NCBI RefSeq assembly: GCF_009834535.1 | Contig: NC_045696.1 | Location: 113,152,001 to 113,216,000 of the forward strand | Reading direction: 5' to 3' | Source of the DNA: Camelus ferus | Taxonomy: Eukaryota | DNA: 64,000 nt | Part shown: piece after piece, positions 1 through 12,065 of the stretch | Layout of the letters: every line of letters starts with the position of its first letter | How positions within the stretch are numbered: the stretch's first letter is position 1 | Notes under the pieces: model-generated | Seen by the model: only the letters and a program-made list of their open reading frames with translations | Told to the model about the DNA's origin: nothing | Database searches by the model: none | Position numbers and translations under genes: made by a program

Positions 1-759
1 ATATTTCAAAAGATAGGGGTGTTCTGTATCCAATGGTGATTTTATAGTCTAGGACCTCAAACCAAGCATTGCAATTTATGACCTCTGCACCACCTTAATC
101 CTGCACCCCCAAGGCTCTCGAATTTTCTCATAGAACCCCAAATTCAAAAGCCAGCACTTTGAGTGTAATTATGCCTCTGTTTGTAACAAACTTATTAGTG
201 TGGTTGATGTGATCATTATTATGTTAACGTCCTCTATCTCCTTGCCATCTTGCTCAGTGCAACTGCCAAAGCTCCTTTTACAGTCCTGTTGAGCTGCCCC
301 TACTCTGCCTTCCTGCCAACTTACAGCCTGCAGCTTCTTCAGAACTCAGCCTCCCGCCTTCCCTGCGAGGTGGGCAGGATCCACGTAGGCTGCGGCAGTG
401 GTGACAAAAGCTGTTTCGGCGGTTGACAACCCACACTCAGGGCCCTGCCTTCACTACAATGGACTGTGGAACCCCAGGCCATTGGCCAGTGGTCTGGAAA
501 CTCTCGAGACAATATTTAGACTTTAGCTCAAAACAATGAGAATCCAGGGAAAACTTTGAGTGTAGACAGAGCACAGTCACAGGGAAATTTCCACAGGATC
601 CTTCCCACCAACAGCTGAAGACACAGTCATTTGCAGTCCTATCGAGAGCCTACTAAATGTTCATGTTCTTTGAAGCAGTCATTTGAGCATCTCCTGGAAT
701 ACGCTGGAAATTTTTCCTAAAAAAAGAATTCAGATTCAGAAATAGATTTCGACTCAGAA

Positions 760-1070
760 ATGTTATTTGTGGCCTTGAAAATCCACCAAGTGTCTTTCAA
801 TAGGAGAATGTTAAATATATAAAAGCTATATCTATGTGGTGGACTATTTAAAGACATTAAAAGTGCTATTCAGGAAGAGAGTATAGCATAACAGAATGCT
901 TAATGTTAGAGGGAAAGGACAAAAATCAGAATTTATGGTGCAGTTTCATCCACATATAAAACAGATGCATAGAAAAACTAGAAAAGAAACGAGAGTTGAG
1001 AGACCTTAGGTATATTACTCATCATTTTTTTTCTTGTACAAGCAACGTACGTATTTGATAATTAATTGTT
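760..1070 (+). mobile_element. Ancient L1 (L1ME-like) 3' region fragment
   Basis: aagtgtctttcaataggagaatgttaaata...ggactatttaaagacattaaaa resembles the degenerate L1 ORF2-end/3'UTR motif. Confidence 0.5.
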
Positions 1071-2390
1071 AGTCGTATTTACAAAACAATCAAGAACTCT
1101 TATAGGAGATTTTCATTCCTTATTGTGAGGAAAAGGAGAACAATCTGTAATCATAGTTTGCTTTAAGAATGTGATCCTTTCTTAGAACCAGATATGATAG
1201 GGTAATTAACTGGCTCACAATAAATAATGTGCCTCCCTATTTGATTACTAAATTTTGTCAATTAACTGTAGGAAAGTAAAGAGAACTGTTTGCATGCAGA
1301 TAGATTTTAGCTTTCTTTAGAAGTATCATCAGAGCCCCAAAGCCCTACAGGATTACAAGTTGCAAGGTTATGTGTTATGATCTGCAAGGTTTGAGTAATA
1401 TATCAATTCAAGGACTCTGAGCTGTGGACCAGAAGCAGAGGGTTTAAGCCTAACAAACATTTTATGTCTTTCCCCAGCTGTCAAACCATTTGCTTTGCCT
1501 TAAAAAAACAAAAACAACAGCAACAAAAAAAAAACAGCTATTCTGATCACCTTGAAAATTTGGTAACCCAGCCGCTTCCATCCCTAGGGGCCAAGGTAGT
1601 TGGTTAGAAGCAGGCAAATACTAAGAAAACGTATGCACCTCTGTTTTGGAGGATTTTCTCCCTTGTTCCTCAGCCCCGTTTCTAATTTCTGCTCTCAGGG
1701 AGTCTCTATTTATGATAACCGAATCATCTTGGCCTGTGCGCTGGGTCCCAGGGTGAGGACCCAGAGCCTCGGGTGGAAGGGCGCTTTGTAGAGGTGACCA
1801 CACTGTTGACAAATTCCTGCCTCCTCCCGTGGGTGGTCGGAGGCAGGGAACCTGAGCTTTCCAGTGCCGGCCTCTGATGTGCCAGGAAATTTAGATTCAG
1901 GGAGCTGCTATCTGTTACAGCTATGAGCTTCCTGAAAACCAGAATTACAGGTAACCAATATTCCCTCTGCATGCCAAAGCAAACCCCAAACTCTTAATCC
2001 CCAAATGAAAGGGTGTTAATATTAAAATGGTTTCTTTTATATGGCATGTGTAATGATTGTGTTAGTCTCTGGGCCAACGCAATAAAAACATCATTGAAAG
2101 GCTTTGATTTTGAAGCACATCTAACTGAACAGAGGGAGGAAGTGTGTTATCTGTTGGAAAAGACTCGTCTGAAGGAGTTAGCCCATTGGGAAAGGAGATG
2201 GACTCAGATTTCTTGGGAGACAACTCAGACTGAGAAAAAAAATTTCTGAGAGGTTTACTAGAAGGAGCCAAAGCAGGATTCGAGCAAGGCAAACCTGATT
2301 ATGAATGCTGTAGAGAATCGGGTGTCCTGGGGCAAGTTCCCAGTATTTTCTAGCCCTTTCTTTCCACATTTAAAAAAAAACGAGAGTTCA

Positions 2391-2648
2391 ATAGAAGACA
2401 AACTTATGATTACCAGCGGGAAAACGGGAAGAGGGAGGGATAAACTGGGAGTTCAGGATTTGCAGATACACACTACTATATATAAAACAGATAAACAACA
2501 AGGTCCTACTGTATAGCACAAGAAACTATATTCAATACCTTGTAATAGCCTATAATGAAAAATAATATGAAAAGAATATGTAACTGAATCACTATGCTGT
2601 GCACCAGAAATTAACACATTGTAAAATGACTATACTTCAATAAAAAAA
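2391..2648 (+). mobile_element. 5'-truncated cetartiodactyl-type L1 3'UTR
   Basis: gggagggataaactgggag...aaacagataaacaacaaggtcctactgtatagcac...gactatacttcaataaaaaaa. Confidence 0.9.
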
Positions 2649-3247
2649 GAACCAACTCTGTCCTCTCTCTTGAGATCAAAAAAAACCCCACTACAATTCA
2701 TAATAAATAATTTTCACACTAGATATGGGGGAAATGATATACATGGATGTGAAATGCCTGGCTTTTGTGGTATGCGTTTCACATACCTCTTCATCTCCTT
2801 ATTAAAGCATATTAAATGCTTCCAACCCACTGCAGCCTGTTCACTTTTACAGGGAAAAAGTACTTCTTCTCGCTTGGTAATTCGCATGCAACATGCCAAC
2901 GCCCGTGCCTGTCTTAGTTCGGAATACCACCTTTTATTTCTACCAACACCTAAGCAGATACTAATACTGATACTTGAACCTTTGCCCTTGACCTCACCCC
3001 ACAGGCACAACCTCTGTTGCCAGCAGAAACCCCCGCACCAGGGAGCAGGTGCTGCGTGCCGGTTCCCACCAACACAGCCCACATCCCATCTACCCGTTCT
3101 TACCTCCATCCGCTTTGCACGCCAAAGAAATGGTTTTCTCAGTAATCATAAATGTCTGGATGTATCTATACATGGAAGAAATTTGTTATGCAAAAAAAAA
3201 AATGTATTTTGTGGGAGGGAAGAATTCTGTGAGCAAGTTTATGATAT

Positions 3248-3356
3248 GAAAAAGAATATGAAAATGAATATATATATGTATATACGTGACTGGGACATTG
3301 TGCTGTACACCAGAAATTGACACATTGTAACTGACTATACTTCAATTTAAAAAAAA
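3248..3356 (+). mobile_element. Very short L1 3' tip insertion
   Basis: L1 terminal motif ctgtacaccagaaattgacacattgtaactgactatacttcaatt plus polyA; TSD aagtttatgatat (3235-3247) / aagtttattatat (3357-3369). Confidence 0.9.
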
Positions 3357-3498
3357 AAGTTTATTATATTATGCTTGGAAGATAGATTGATGTTGAGAAA
3401 AAGAACAGAGAGTAGGTAAATTTAGGAGGCAAATTCCTGAAAATGAAGCAACTTTTGTGGCCTGTTGTGTATCAAGTGGATGCCAGGTACATATACAG

Positions 3499-3683
3499 CA
3501 GTGGTTTTCAGAATTCAGCTTTTGAGGGCCTTAAATTCCAGGACCTTCCCCACCTTCCCACCCCTCTACCCCTGCAAGCCCCTAGATTCTGATTCAGTAG
3601 GTCTGGGGTGTGACCAGATAATTTGCATTTCTAACAAGTTTCCAGAAGCTACTGCTCTAAGAAAGATACTCTAAGAATCACTG
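3499..3683. mobile_element. MER5A-like hAT-Charlie non-autonomous DNA transposon
   Basis: TIR-like ends cagtggttttca...agaatcactg; core gattctgattcagtaggtctgggg...tttgcatttctaacaag. Confidence 0.8.
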
Positions 3684-3692
3684 ATCTATATA

Positions 3693-4630
3693 ATTTAGGA
3701 ATTTACCTTTTTCATTGGTTTGGAATAGTTTAAATAGCATCGACATTATTTGTTTTTTTTAAAGTTAGTTGGACCCCATCTGTGAAATTATTTAATCCTG
3801 GTACTTTTCTCCCCTTTTAAATGATGTTTTAAATGACAAACTTTTAATTACTGTTTCAAATCTTTTTTTAATTGATTTTTTTTTTTTTACTTCTTCTTGG
3901 GTTAGTTAATTCCTTGTTTGTTTAAGAAATAATCCACTCCCTATAGATTTTTACATCCATGGAAATGGAGTTAAACATAGTATTTTCTTATAATTATTTT
4001 AATCGGGGTGTGTGTGTTTCTCTCTTCCCTCAGTTCTGATGTTTTCCTCTTTTTTTCCTCAGTCATACTTATGAGGTGGTTATATATTTTATAAAAGAAC
4101 CAGATTTTGAATGTATTTGTTTTGTCTACTAAGTTTGTTTTCCGCTACATTTACTTCAGTATTTATCTTTATTAATTTCTTGTTCATACTTTCTTTGGGT
4201 TTGTTCTTTTGTCCTTCATGGAATTTCTTAGCTTGAGTACTATGTTCATTGATTGTAAGTCTTTCAGTCCTGAAGCTATCATGGTTTGGTAGAAAAATAG
4301 ATATTCTTTGCATTGGTTCTAGTTTACACTTTTAACTTTTCTTTCCCTATTAATCCTAGAGTTATTTTGAAGGATTCTTTTTCAAGTAGTTGAGATTGAC
4401 TAGCTAATGTTTTATTATTTAATACCAATTTTATTTGCTTATGATCTAAGATTATGATCTATTAAAGAATCTACTTTTTAAAGTCTGTTAAAATTGTCTT
4501 TTTAGCCTCGTGATCTGTATTTTATTAATATGCCATTATGATGCAAGTTCTGTGCACAAATGTAGATTCTGTGGCTTATGTTTTTCAAATCTTTATATTC
4601 TTTCTTGTATTTGAGCTTCTGCATCAATTC
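3693..4630 (-). mobile_element. Ancient L1 ORF2 segment, antisense (inverted 5' part of the 4637-9250 element)
   Basis: Reverse complement of ~3700-3810 matches the ORF2 region encoding K(S)PGPDGFTGEFYQTFKEE..PIL.KLFQ; T-rich decayed L1 continues to ~4630. Confidence 0.65.
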
Positions 4631-5052
4631 CCAAATCACTTCCTAAATCTGTTCAACAAAATACAGACAAAAAATTTTTTTAAAAACCCTAGACCAATTC
4701 ACTTATAGGTGTAGGTACAAACTTCTTAATAAAATATTACCAAGTGAAGTCCAAAGTCATCTCAAAAGGATAATATACTGTGACCACGGGGGACTCGTTT
4801 CCAAATATAAACATGGTTAAACATAAGGAAATCTATCAAGATAATTTGTCTCATCATTAAATTGAAGGATAAAAGATTGTATCAATACATGTGAAAAAGG
4901 CATTTGTAAAATTCAGCCTTTTTCCATAAAAAAACCTTAATTCCTTTTCTGTTTTACTTAAATTTGGGAAAGACTATCCACCAAAAACTAACAACAAACT
5001 TCTAAATGGTGAAACTCTGAAGGTCTTTATATGAAAATCAGGCCTAAGAGAG

Positions 5053-5552
5053 TGATCTGTGGTCACAATGATGCTATAACACAAACAACTACCAAACTTC
5101 AGAGGCAAATAATAACAACCATGTAAGTAGCTCACAGTCGTGGAGATCGGGGCTCTGAGCTGGGCTCGCGAGGACCGTGGTCAGGTGCAGGTCATCCAGG
5201 CAGTTCTGGGACCCTGACCGGGCTGCTCACATATCTGGGGCTGGCTGGCTGGCTGCAGACTGATCTGCCTTGGCCTCTGCTAGAATACTTGGGAAAATTT
5301 GACTCTGCACAGCGTGTTCTCACCTTCCAGCAGGCTGGCCCAGGCACGCTGTCATGGTAGTGACAGGAGCAAGAGCAAGCCCAGGGTCAGAGAGCACTTT
5401 TCAGGCCTCTTCTTGCATCATACTTGCTAACATCCCACTGACCAAAGCACCCACGTGGCTCAGCCTAGACTCAGAGAATGAGGGCACCTCAGTTTCGTGG
5501 TAGAGTTCGTGGGTGTGGGGATAACTGAGACTGTCCTTGCAGTCTTCTGCAG
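5053..5552 (-). mobile_element. MLT1 (ERVL-MaLR, MLT1G/H-like) solo LTR
   Basis: atgctataacacaaacaactaccaaacttcagaggc start; ttccagcaggctggcccaggc and cttgctaacatcccactgaccaaagc motifs. Confidence 0.7.
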
Positions 5553-5814
5553 ATAGGGATCCCTGCTTCCACTAACATTACTCATCAGAGTTTCAAAGGT
5601 TCCAGTTTATTTAGTGGGAAAAGGGCTATTTAGTATAGTGCATGCAACCAGAAAAGTAACAGTATCCTTTTTAGTTGATGACGCATTTGTACTTCTACAG
5701 AAGTCAAGAGACTCCAGTAAAAAATAAAAACTACCACTATTAGTAATGATAGATTTGACAAGGTGATTGGATTAAAAATAAATGTTGAAAAATCAATAGG
5801 TCTTCCTTATAGAC

Positions 5815-6780
5815 GTTCATTCAACAAATATTTATCAGACACTGACTGAATGAATGCCAAGGACTTGCCGGGGAGGGCAAATTTCCGTCCCTGCCCTCTT
5901 GAGCTCTCATGGCTGGACTAATCACACAATCGACCTGAGACAGATTAACAGGAGGAAAAGAAACAAATTCTAACTCATGTGTTTGGAGGGCCCGTAGAAA
6001 TGGGATCTAAGAGGTGGCCAAAGCAGGATGCTTTTCTATTTTTTAGACAGAGAAGCAAATACATTTGTAAAGAATTGACAAGACTAAGAAACTTAGGCTT
6101 TGGGTGCTTAATTTAGTGAGGAGCTGACACAGAGTTTGGGCTTGAGGTAGTAAATTAAAGAAGCAACAAGATTTGTTTATACAGACTTCTCAGCCCAGAA
6201 TTCCCTATCTCAGATGATAAGGGTGTCCTTCTGTGTCTGGATTCAGGGAGGGCACCTTTCATATGAGAGATTTATAACTTGCTTTTAGAAAGGAAGGTCA
6301 GAGTGTTCTTCTTCCATTGACCATTTCTTAAGTAACTTTAATTCAAAATAATCAATATGCCATTGAGGCAAATTTGGGGGAGTCCCCCCCCGGACCCCAA
6401 CACATTCATCTAGCCCCCAGGGATGTCGTAGTGAATGGAAGAGAGAAAATACCCTCATGGGGCTGACATTTCAGTGGGTGGAAATGGAAAATAAACCACA
6501 GATGAGGAAATGATAAGACAGATGGTGACAAGGGCTATGGACAAAGCTGTAAAGCGGGAGAGGGAGTTAGTAAGTGCACCCCAGGTAGGGTGCTGGTGGG
6601 CAGGGCTGTGCTATATTCTGTGGGGTGACCAGGGAAGGCCTCCCTGATGAAAATATGTTGGCATCTGAGCAGACACTTGAAGTCCGTGAGGAAGCCTGCC
6701 ATGCAGAGGAGTGGGATAAGTCTAGTCAGAGGGAACCGCACATTCAAAGGCCCTGAGACAGGGCTGAAGTTGGTGCCCTT
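5815..6780 (-). mobile_element. L2 3' fragment (split by an LTR)
   Basis: ttcattcaacaaatattt 3' end; ccctcatggggctgacatt, cagggaaggcctccctga, caaaggccctgagacagg motifs. Confidence 0.75.
5866..6402 (-). mobile_element. ERV1-class solo LTR, MER34-like
   Basis: TG...CA ends; reverse complement starts tgttgggg...cccccaaatttgcctcaatggcatattgattattttgaattaaag, typical of MER34-group LTRs; inserted in L2. Confidence 0.7.
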
Positions 6781-7108
6781 TATTTATAAGAGCTCTCAAT
6801 TACAAATGGAGAAGTAATTGTCGCCCTAACAACATATTATAAAATATTTCGGAATGAACTTTAACAAGAAATCATAATTTGAAGAACATAAAATAATACT
6901 GTAAAAACCCAAGGAAACTATTTTTAAAACGAATAAAAACAGAGGAGGCTAATCTGCCTACCAGGTACCTGAACATATTGGAGGGACTGTATCAGGACAA
7001 CATGATATTTGCAAAGGAATAAACACATTGATGGTACAACAGATTGGAGAGTCCATCTAGAAACAAAGCTGTACTCCTACTTGCTAACATATTCTGAAGT
7101 AAATTACA

Positions 7109-7527
7109 TGCAGCAACGTGGATGGACCTAGAGATGCGCACGCTAAGTGAAGTAAGTCAGACAGAGAAAGGCAAATATCATATGATATCACTTATACGTG
7201 GAATCCAAAAACATGATACGAATGAACTTATTTACAAAACAAAAACAGACTCACAGGCATAGAAAACAAACATGGTTACCAAAGGGCAGGGGAGGGATAA
7301 ATTAGGAGTTTGGGTTTAGCAGATACAAACTGTTGTATACAAAACAGATAAACAACAAGGTCCTACTGTACAGCACAGGGAACTACATTCAATGACTTGT
7401 AATAACCTGTAACGAAAAAGAATATGAAAATGGATATATATGTATGTATCACTGAATCACTAGGCAATACACCAGAAACTAACACAACAGCGTAAATCAA
7501 CTATACTTCAATAAAAAAAAAAAGTAG
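7109..7527 (+). mobile_element. 5'-truncated young L1 3' end
   Basis: gcagcaacgtggatggacctagag...caactatacttcaataaaa; TSD agtaaattaca (7098-7108) / agtaaattata (7528-7538). Confidence 0.9.
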
Positions 7528-7578
7528 AGTAAATTATAGATGGATAAGGGTGCACCTTTTTAAATTGAGCAATAAATA

Positions 7579-8088
7579 TGTGTTCTCTCTCTCTTGGTGC
7601 CATGACAAATCACTGACTCACTGACTTAATCCATGGCTTAAGGAAAACAAATGTTTTACCTGACGGTGCTGCAGGTAAAAAGTCTGACATAGGTTCCACA
7701 GGGCTAAGGTGTCAGCAGGGTTGTAGTCTGTCGCAGCGGCTCTGAGGGAGAACCCCTTTCCTCCCCATGCCCAAGGCTTGTCTACATTCCTTGGCTTGTG
7801 GCCCCTTCCTCCATCTTCAAAGTCAGAAGCACTGCATCTCTCTAATGGTTCGTCCATAGTCATGCCTCCTTCTGACCACACCTGGGAAAGGATCTCCCTC
7901 TCAAGAACTCTCAGATCTAGATTGCTCCCCCCCCCCAACTGGATAATCCAGGAAACTCTCCGTGTCTTATGACCTGTACACCTCATCACACCAGCAGAGC
8001 CCCTTTTGCCATGGAAGGGAGCATCTTCACGGGTTCCGGGGACGAGGACATTGGACATCCTTGGGAAATATCTTTGTGCCTGCCACCA
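7579..8088 (-). mobile_element. MLT1D-like MaLR solo LTR
   Basis: aaggtgtcagcaggg, cattccttggcttgtggccccttcctccatcttcaaag, ctggataatccagga, cagagcccctttgccatg motifs. Confidence 0.8.
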
Positions 8089-8478
8089 ACATTTGAAAGG
8101 AGAATTTGGAGAATATTTGTATAACTCAGATGTCAGAGACATGTTTAAAATCAGCAGGCAGGTAACTCGTAAGGGAAAAAGGAAAAGATGAGTGTGCTGG
8201 ACCATGTCATCAGTCTTCATCCTGTGACCGAACGTGCCATAAACAAACTCGACGGATGTAAACTAGAGCTCTTAACAACATGCGGCAGACAGAGTGTGAA
8301 TGTCTGCATTTTCACTGCATTCATAAGGACTGATAGAAAAAACAACCTTTGAAAAGTGGGGGAAAGATCCAAATAGTCAATTTACAGGAAAGCAAAATCA
8401 AATGGCCAGTAAAACCACAGGAAAATATGTTCAACCTCAGTAGTTTTCAGAAAAACATCAGTTTATGGTAACAATGAG

Positions 8479-8919
8479 TATGTTGGTCCCCTGGGGATGC
8501 CAAAAACAAATTGCCACAAACTTGGCAGCTTAAAACCACAGAAATATATTCTTCTCACGGTTCTGGAGGTGAAAAGACAGAAATCAAGGTCAGGACCGTG
8601 CTCCCTCCGAAGGCTCTTGGGGAGAACTTGTCCTTTCTCTTCCAGGGTCTGGTGGCTTTAGGTTTCCCTTGGAGTTATGGCTGCGTAACTCCAGTCTTGC
8701 TTCCTTCTTCACAGGGTCCCCTCCTCTTCTCGCTGCATGTCTCTTGGACAACGATACCTGTCTTTGGATTTAGGGCCCCCCAAGTAATCCAGGCTGAGCT
8801 CATCTAGATAGCTTCAGTTAGATCTGCAAAGACCCCTTCTTAAAATGAGATCATATTTATATATTCTGAGGATTGGGACATAGACATACCTTTGGGGGGG
8901 CTACTTTTCAGCCACTACC
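8479..8919 (-). mobile_element. MLT1B/C-like MaLR solo LTR
   Basis: ccacaaacttggcagcttaaaaccacagaaat, ctccctccgaaggctct, ggatttagggccc, tctgcaaagaccc; 5-bp TSD atgag/ctgag. Confidence 0.8.
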
Positions 8920-9754
8920 CTGAGTTATTGTCCCTCCCATCAAATTGGTTATCCACCTCCGTGGTAGATGGAGCGATGGTAGGGGGTGGGTGTGTACCCT
9001 GCTGTGGTCTTGTGAATTTTCCAAAAGCAAACTATTAATGTAAAAACACACACATACCATGTATTACATGACTCAGCTTCTGGGAAATGAGCCCATAAAA
9101 ATAAAAGCACCCATACGCAAGGTTTTGTGTGCAAGAATGTTCTTGCATCATCGTTGCGGTGAAGGACGGAAGAATCTGGAAACAAAATGAAGGCCCAGCA
9201 ACTGGGGAATGATTGAAAAAAACTGTGGTACACCTACCACATGGACATGTATATGTAAGAGCTTTGAGGAGTCTGTGGAAGGATAAGTGCCAGCTTTTGT
9301 TACGGGCGGAGTGATTGGTAGGTGGATCACACCAGAATTCATGCTTGAGGGTTTAAGTGGAAGAGATTGCCTTCTTTGAGCCATGCCGCTTGGGATGCTG
9401 TAGAAACGTCTTGATGCCCTGATTCGTGGTCACAGAGCACAGCCGCGGGTCCCCAGCCGCCCTGGTCTCCATCGCTCAGGCTCAGGCAGGAGGTCCCCCT
9501 GCTCCTTTCTCAAGCTCCTGGATCCTGTGGGTGTATGCTGCCATCCAAGAATAGCACAGTGTTTTGGCTCTGTCCTCCCTGAGGCACAGTGAGAATACTG
9601 TTTTGTGATTTGACTGGACAGATTTAGAGATGTAATCAGTAGCTTTTGACAGAGTCACTGCTGACTGAGAAAATTCCTGTGCCGTTTAGGTCCAGAAACT
9701 GAGAGGCAGTGTTGGGATGTGCTGCTTAAAGCTGCCTTGCCCCCTGCTTCCTGT

Positions 9755-9890
9755 AATTCCCCCAGAATATTTTGAGCAATGGGAACACATTGAAAAAAGG
9801 TACACTGCTTCCTCCTCCAGAAAAAAAAAATGCATTTAAAGGTATAAACTCTGGTATGTTTGCTTTAAAAAAAATTAAATAAAAGCTCTC
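9755..9890 (+). mobile_element. MARNA (mariner-derived) 3' fragment
   Basis: aatattttgagcaatgg...gtataaactctggtatgtttg..aaaaaa matches the remembered MARNA end. Confidence 0.5.
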
Positions 9891-10559
9891 TTGCCCAGAA
9901 ACCTCAAGGCTTCCTGGAATCTTGGTGTAGAATTCAGATGGACTGATGATAAATTTCTTAATGCCGTTAATTCAGCCAATACTATTAACAAGCAGGAAAA
10001 AAAGAGGAAAGTTTCTTTGATCATAGGAATTGTTTTGTAAAAAATTGTGGGGAAATGCAATCTACCTGGTAATCTATGAAAACCTGGGATTAGAGATTTA
10101 TCGATCCTTTCTGAATTGTGTGCATCCTGTATAGAATGGAGCATCAGGTCTATACCAATTCCAGAATACTTAGAAATGAGTTATTCACGTCAGATCTCTG
10201 CAAAAGCATCCAAGGATCAAGTCACTCACACTCCTTCCTCCAGGCAAGGCTAGAGGCTGCCCAGTTGGGCTCTTTAAGGTGCTTCTTACTTTTAAAGAAC
10301 CCTTAGGCATCAGGCAGAATTCTTAGTTTTTTTCTATATTTTCATCTTATCCTACTAAAAGCTCATCTGTGTGACATGAGAATTACAGTTCATAAAGTAT
10401 TTCTGGAATGGATTTTTAAAGCAGCAGCCACGTTAGTTACAGTCCATGATCAGAATTTCACACTGCGAATACCTAGAGAGCTTTCTTCATCTGATATTTA
10501 TAGGAGGTTAAATTCCCAGTGGGTTACAGATTGGGAGTCTGTGCAGCACGGGGAGGCCT

Positions 10560-10720
10560 TCTGAGTAAGAGTGGCCTGCGGCCTCATCTTGGCTATTTAC
10601 TTGCTCTTTAAGTCTCCGAGCTTTCATCTGTTAAGTGGAGGTGACAGTGGTTCTTACTTCTGCAGAGTTGTCCCAAGGTTTAGGGTGGATTTTACAAAGT
10701 GCTGGGAGGTTGTACCCAAT
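10560..10720 (+). mobile_element. MIR fragment
   Basis: core ctttcatctgttaagtggaggtgacagtggttcttac. Confidence 0.5.
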
Positions 10721-10941
10721 AACTAACAATCTATGACAATCCAGGAAAATATTTTTTCCTCATTTTCTTCTAACTTGTTTTAAATAACCAAAAACAGGAG
10801 TGATATTAGATGTACTCGGCATTTGCCCTCAAAATACTATTGCCATCCTAATTATTTCTCAATAATTATTTGCATCTAAGTAAGCCAAGTCTCCTGCAAT
10901 TTGATGATGGAAACAAATACAACTTTAAAACAAAGAAGCGA

Positions 10942-11129
10942 TGTTAGAAATCAGGCGTGTGGCTCCCGTGGTGCCTGGTGGGTGGGGGGCACCTGCGGAC
11001 AGGCTCCCAGGTGACTGGGCAGCTTTGGGGTTCGGATCTGGGTTCTGGTTCCACGGTTTGTACACTTACCATCTGTGCATGTGTGTCTATGAGTGTGTTA
11101 CACTTTAATAAAAAGTTGAAACCAAAAAA

Positions 11130-11162
<33 letters not shown>

Positions 11163-11180
11163 GAAAAGCAAAAAGGAAAA
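10942..11180 (+). mobile_element. Old L1 (L1ME-like) 3' terminus with A-rich tail
   Basis: gttagaaatcagg...gatctgggttctggttccacgg...gtgtgttacactttaataaaaag followed by (A)n/(AAAAG)n. Confidence 0.65.
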
Positions 11181-11264
11181 GAGATCTCCCAGAAAGTAAA
11201 TATTCTCTACTTGGTCTTTAATCGACCCTATTCTTTTAATCTTCCTCATATTTCATGTGCACAT

Positions 11265-11405
11265 CAGAGGTTTTCAACTAAGGGCAGGCATCAAATTGGC
11301 TTTGATTTTTTTTTTTTAATTGAAGGTCAAAATTTGACCCTAGAGATGGTGACTCAGTAGGTCTGGGGATATGTATTTTTTCAACTCCAAAATTGGGAAC
11401 CACTG
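11265..11405. mobile_element. MER5A-like DNA transposon
   Basis: cagaggttttcaa...gactcagtaggtctgggg...gggaaccactg. Confidence 0.65.
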
Positions 11406-11420
11406 CTCTGAAGTCTACAG

Positions 11421-11594
11421 CAGAGGCTCTTAAATTTTGCTGCGTGCTGGAATCACCCAAGGTGTTTTAAAAATACTGAGGGCTGGATTACCCCTGAGTT
11501 TCTAATTTAACTGCTCTGAGGAGTGACCTGGACACTCAGATTTTTAAAAGCTCCACAGATGATGCAGGTGTACAGCAACATTTGTGAACAGCTG
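11421..11594. mobile_element. MER5-family DNA transposon (MER5B/A1-like)
   Basis: ggaatcacccaagg..ttttaaaaatactga...atttttaaaagctcc...gtgaacagctg. Confidence 0.6.
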
Positions 11595-11904
11595 CCTAAA
11601 ACAGAGGGAAGGTGCTTGGAAACCTCCTATAGATGTTTATCAGCAGCAGGTGAGAACAGTGAGGAACTTGAGCATCACTTACCTGCCTGGAGCCAGATCC
11701 GCCAGTGCCCACCCCCCACTTACCTTGGCCTGTGGCTTTCACAGGAGGCAAATATTATTGTATGTTTCTATAATAAGCATGTATTTGTTTATAGGGCCTT
11801 AATATCCCATCTGGGTCATCATCCTCTTTTTAGCCTGTAAATTTCTAAATGGCAGGGGCGGTGGGTAACGTAACTGCTTGTACCAAATGCTGCAATTAAA
11901 AGCA

Positions 11905-12065
11905 TGAGCAAGTTTGCACCTCTTGGGGGGTGATGGAAATGTTAGCCGTCTTGACTGTGGTGCTGGTTTCAAGGGTGTATACATCATCAAATTGTATCTT
12001 TGAAATATGTGTCGTTTACTGTAGAAGAACCATACCACAATAAAGGTGTTTAAAAAAAAAAAAAA
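11905..12065 (+). mobile_element. Old L1 3' terminus
   Basis: gggtgatggaaatgtt...cttgactgtggtgctggtttcaagggtgtatac...caataaaggtgtttaaaa. Confidence 0.7.

Larger units (their letters stand above)
4637..9250 (+). mobile_element. Ancient L1 (L1ME-like) ORF2/3' region, interrupted by several later insertions
   Basis: Collinear L1 pieces at ~4637-5050 (RPISL..DAKILNKIL, SIDAEKAFDKIQ-like), 5553-5812, 6781-7100, 8090-8478 and 8925-9250. Confidence 0.7.

Noticed and set aside
582..592. NF-kB-like site gggaaatttcc
   Set aside because: Isolated short motif with no supporting context.
2670..3320. 216-aa ORF, the longest in the window
   Set aside because: Non-ATG start, no recognisable domain, runs through a poly-A tract and ends inside an L1 3'UTR; a chance ORF.
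7618..8220. 200-aa minus-strand ORF
   Set aside because: Lies in an MLT1D LTR and decayed L1; LTR sequence is non-coding.
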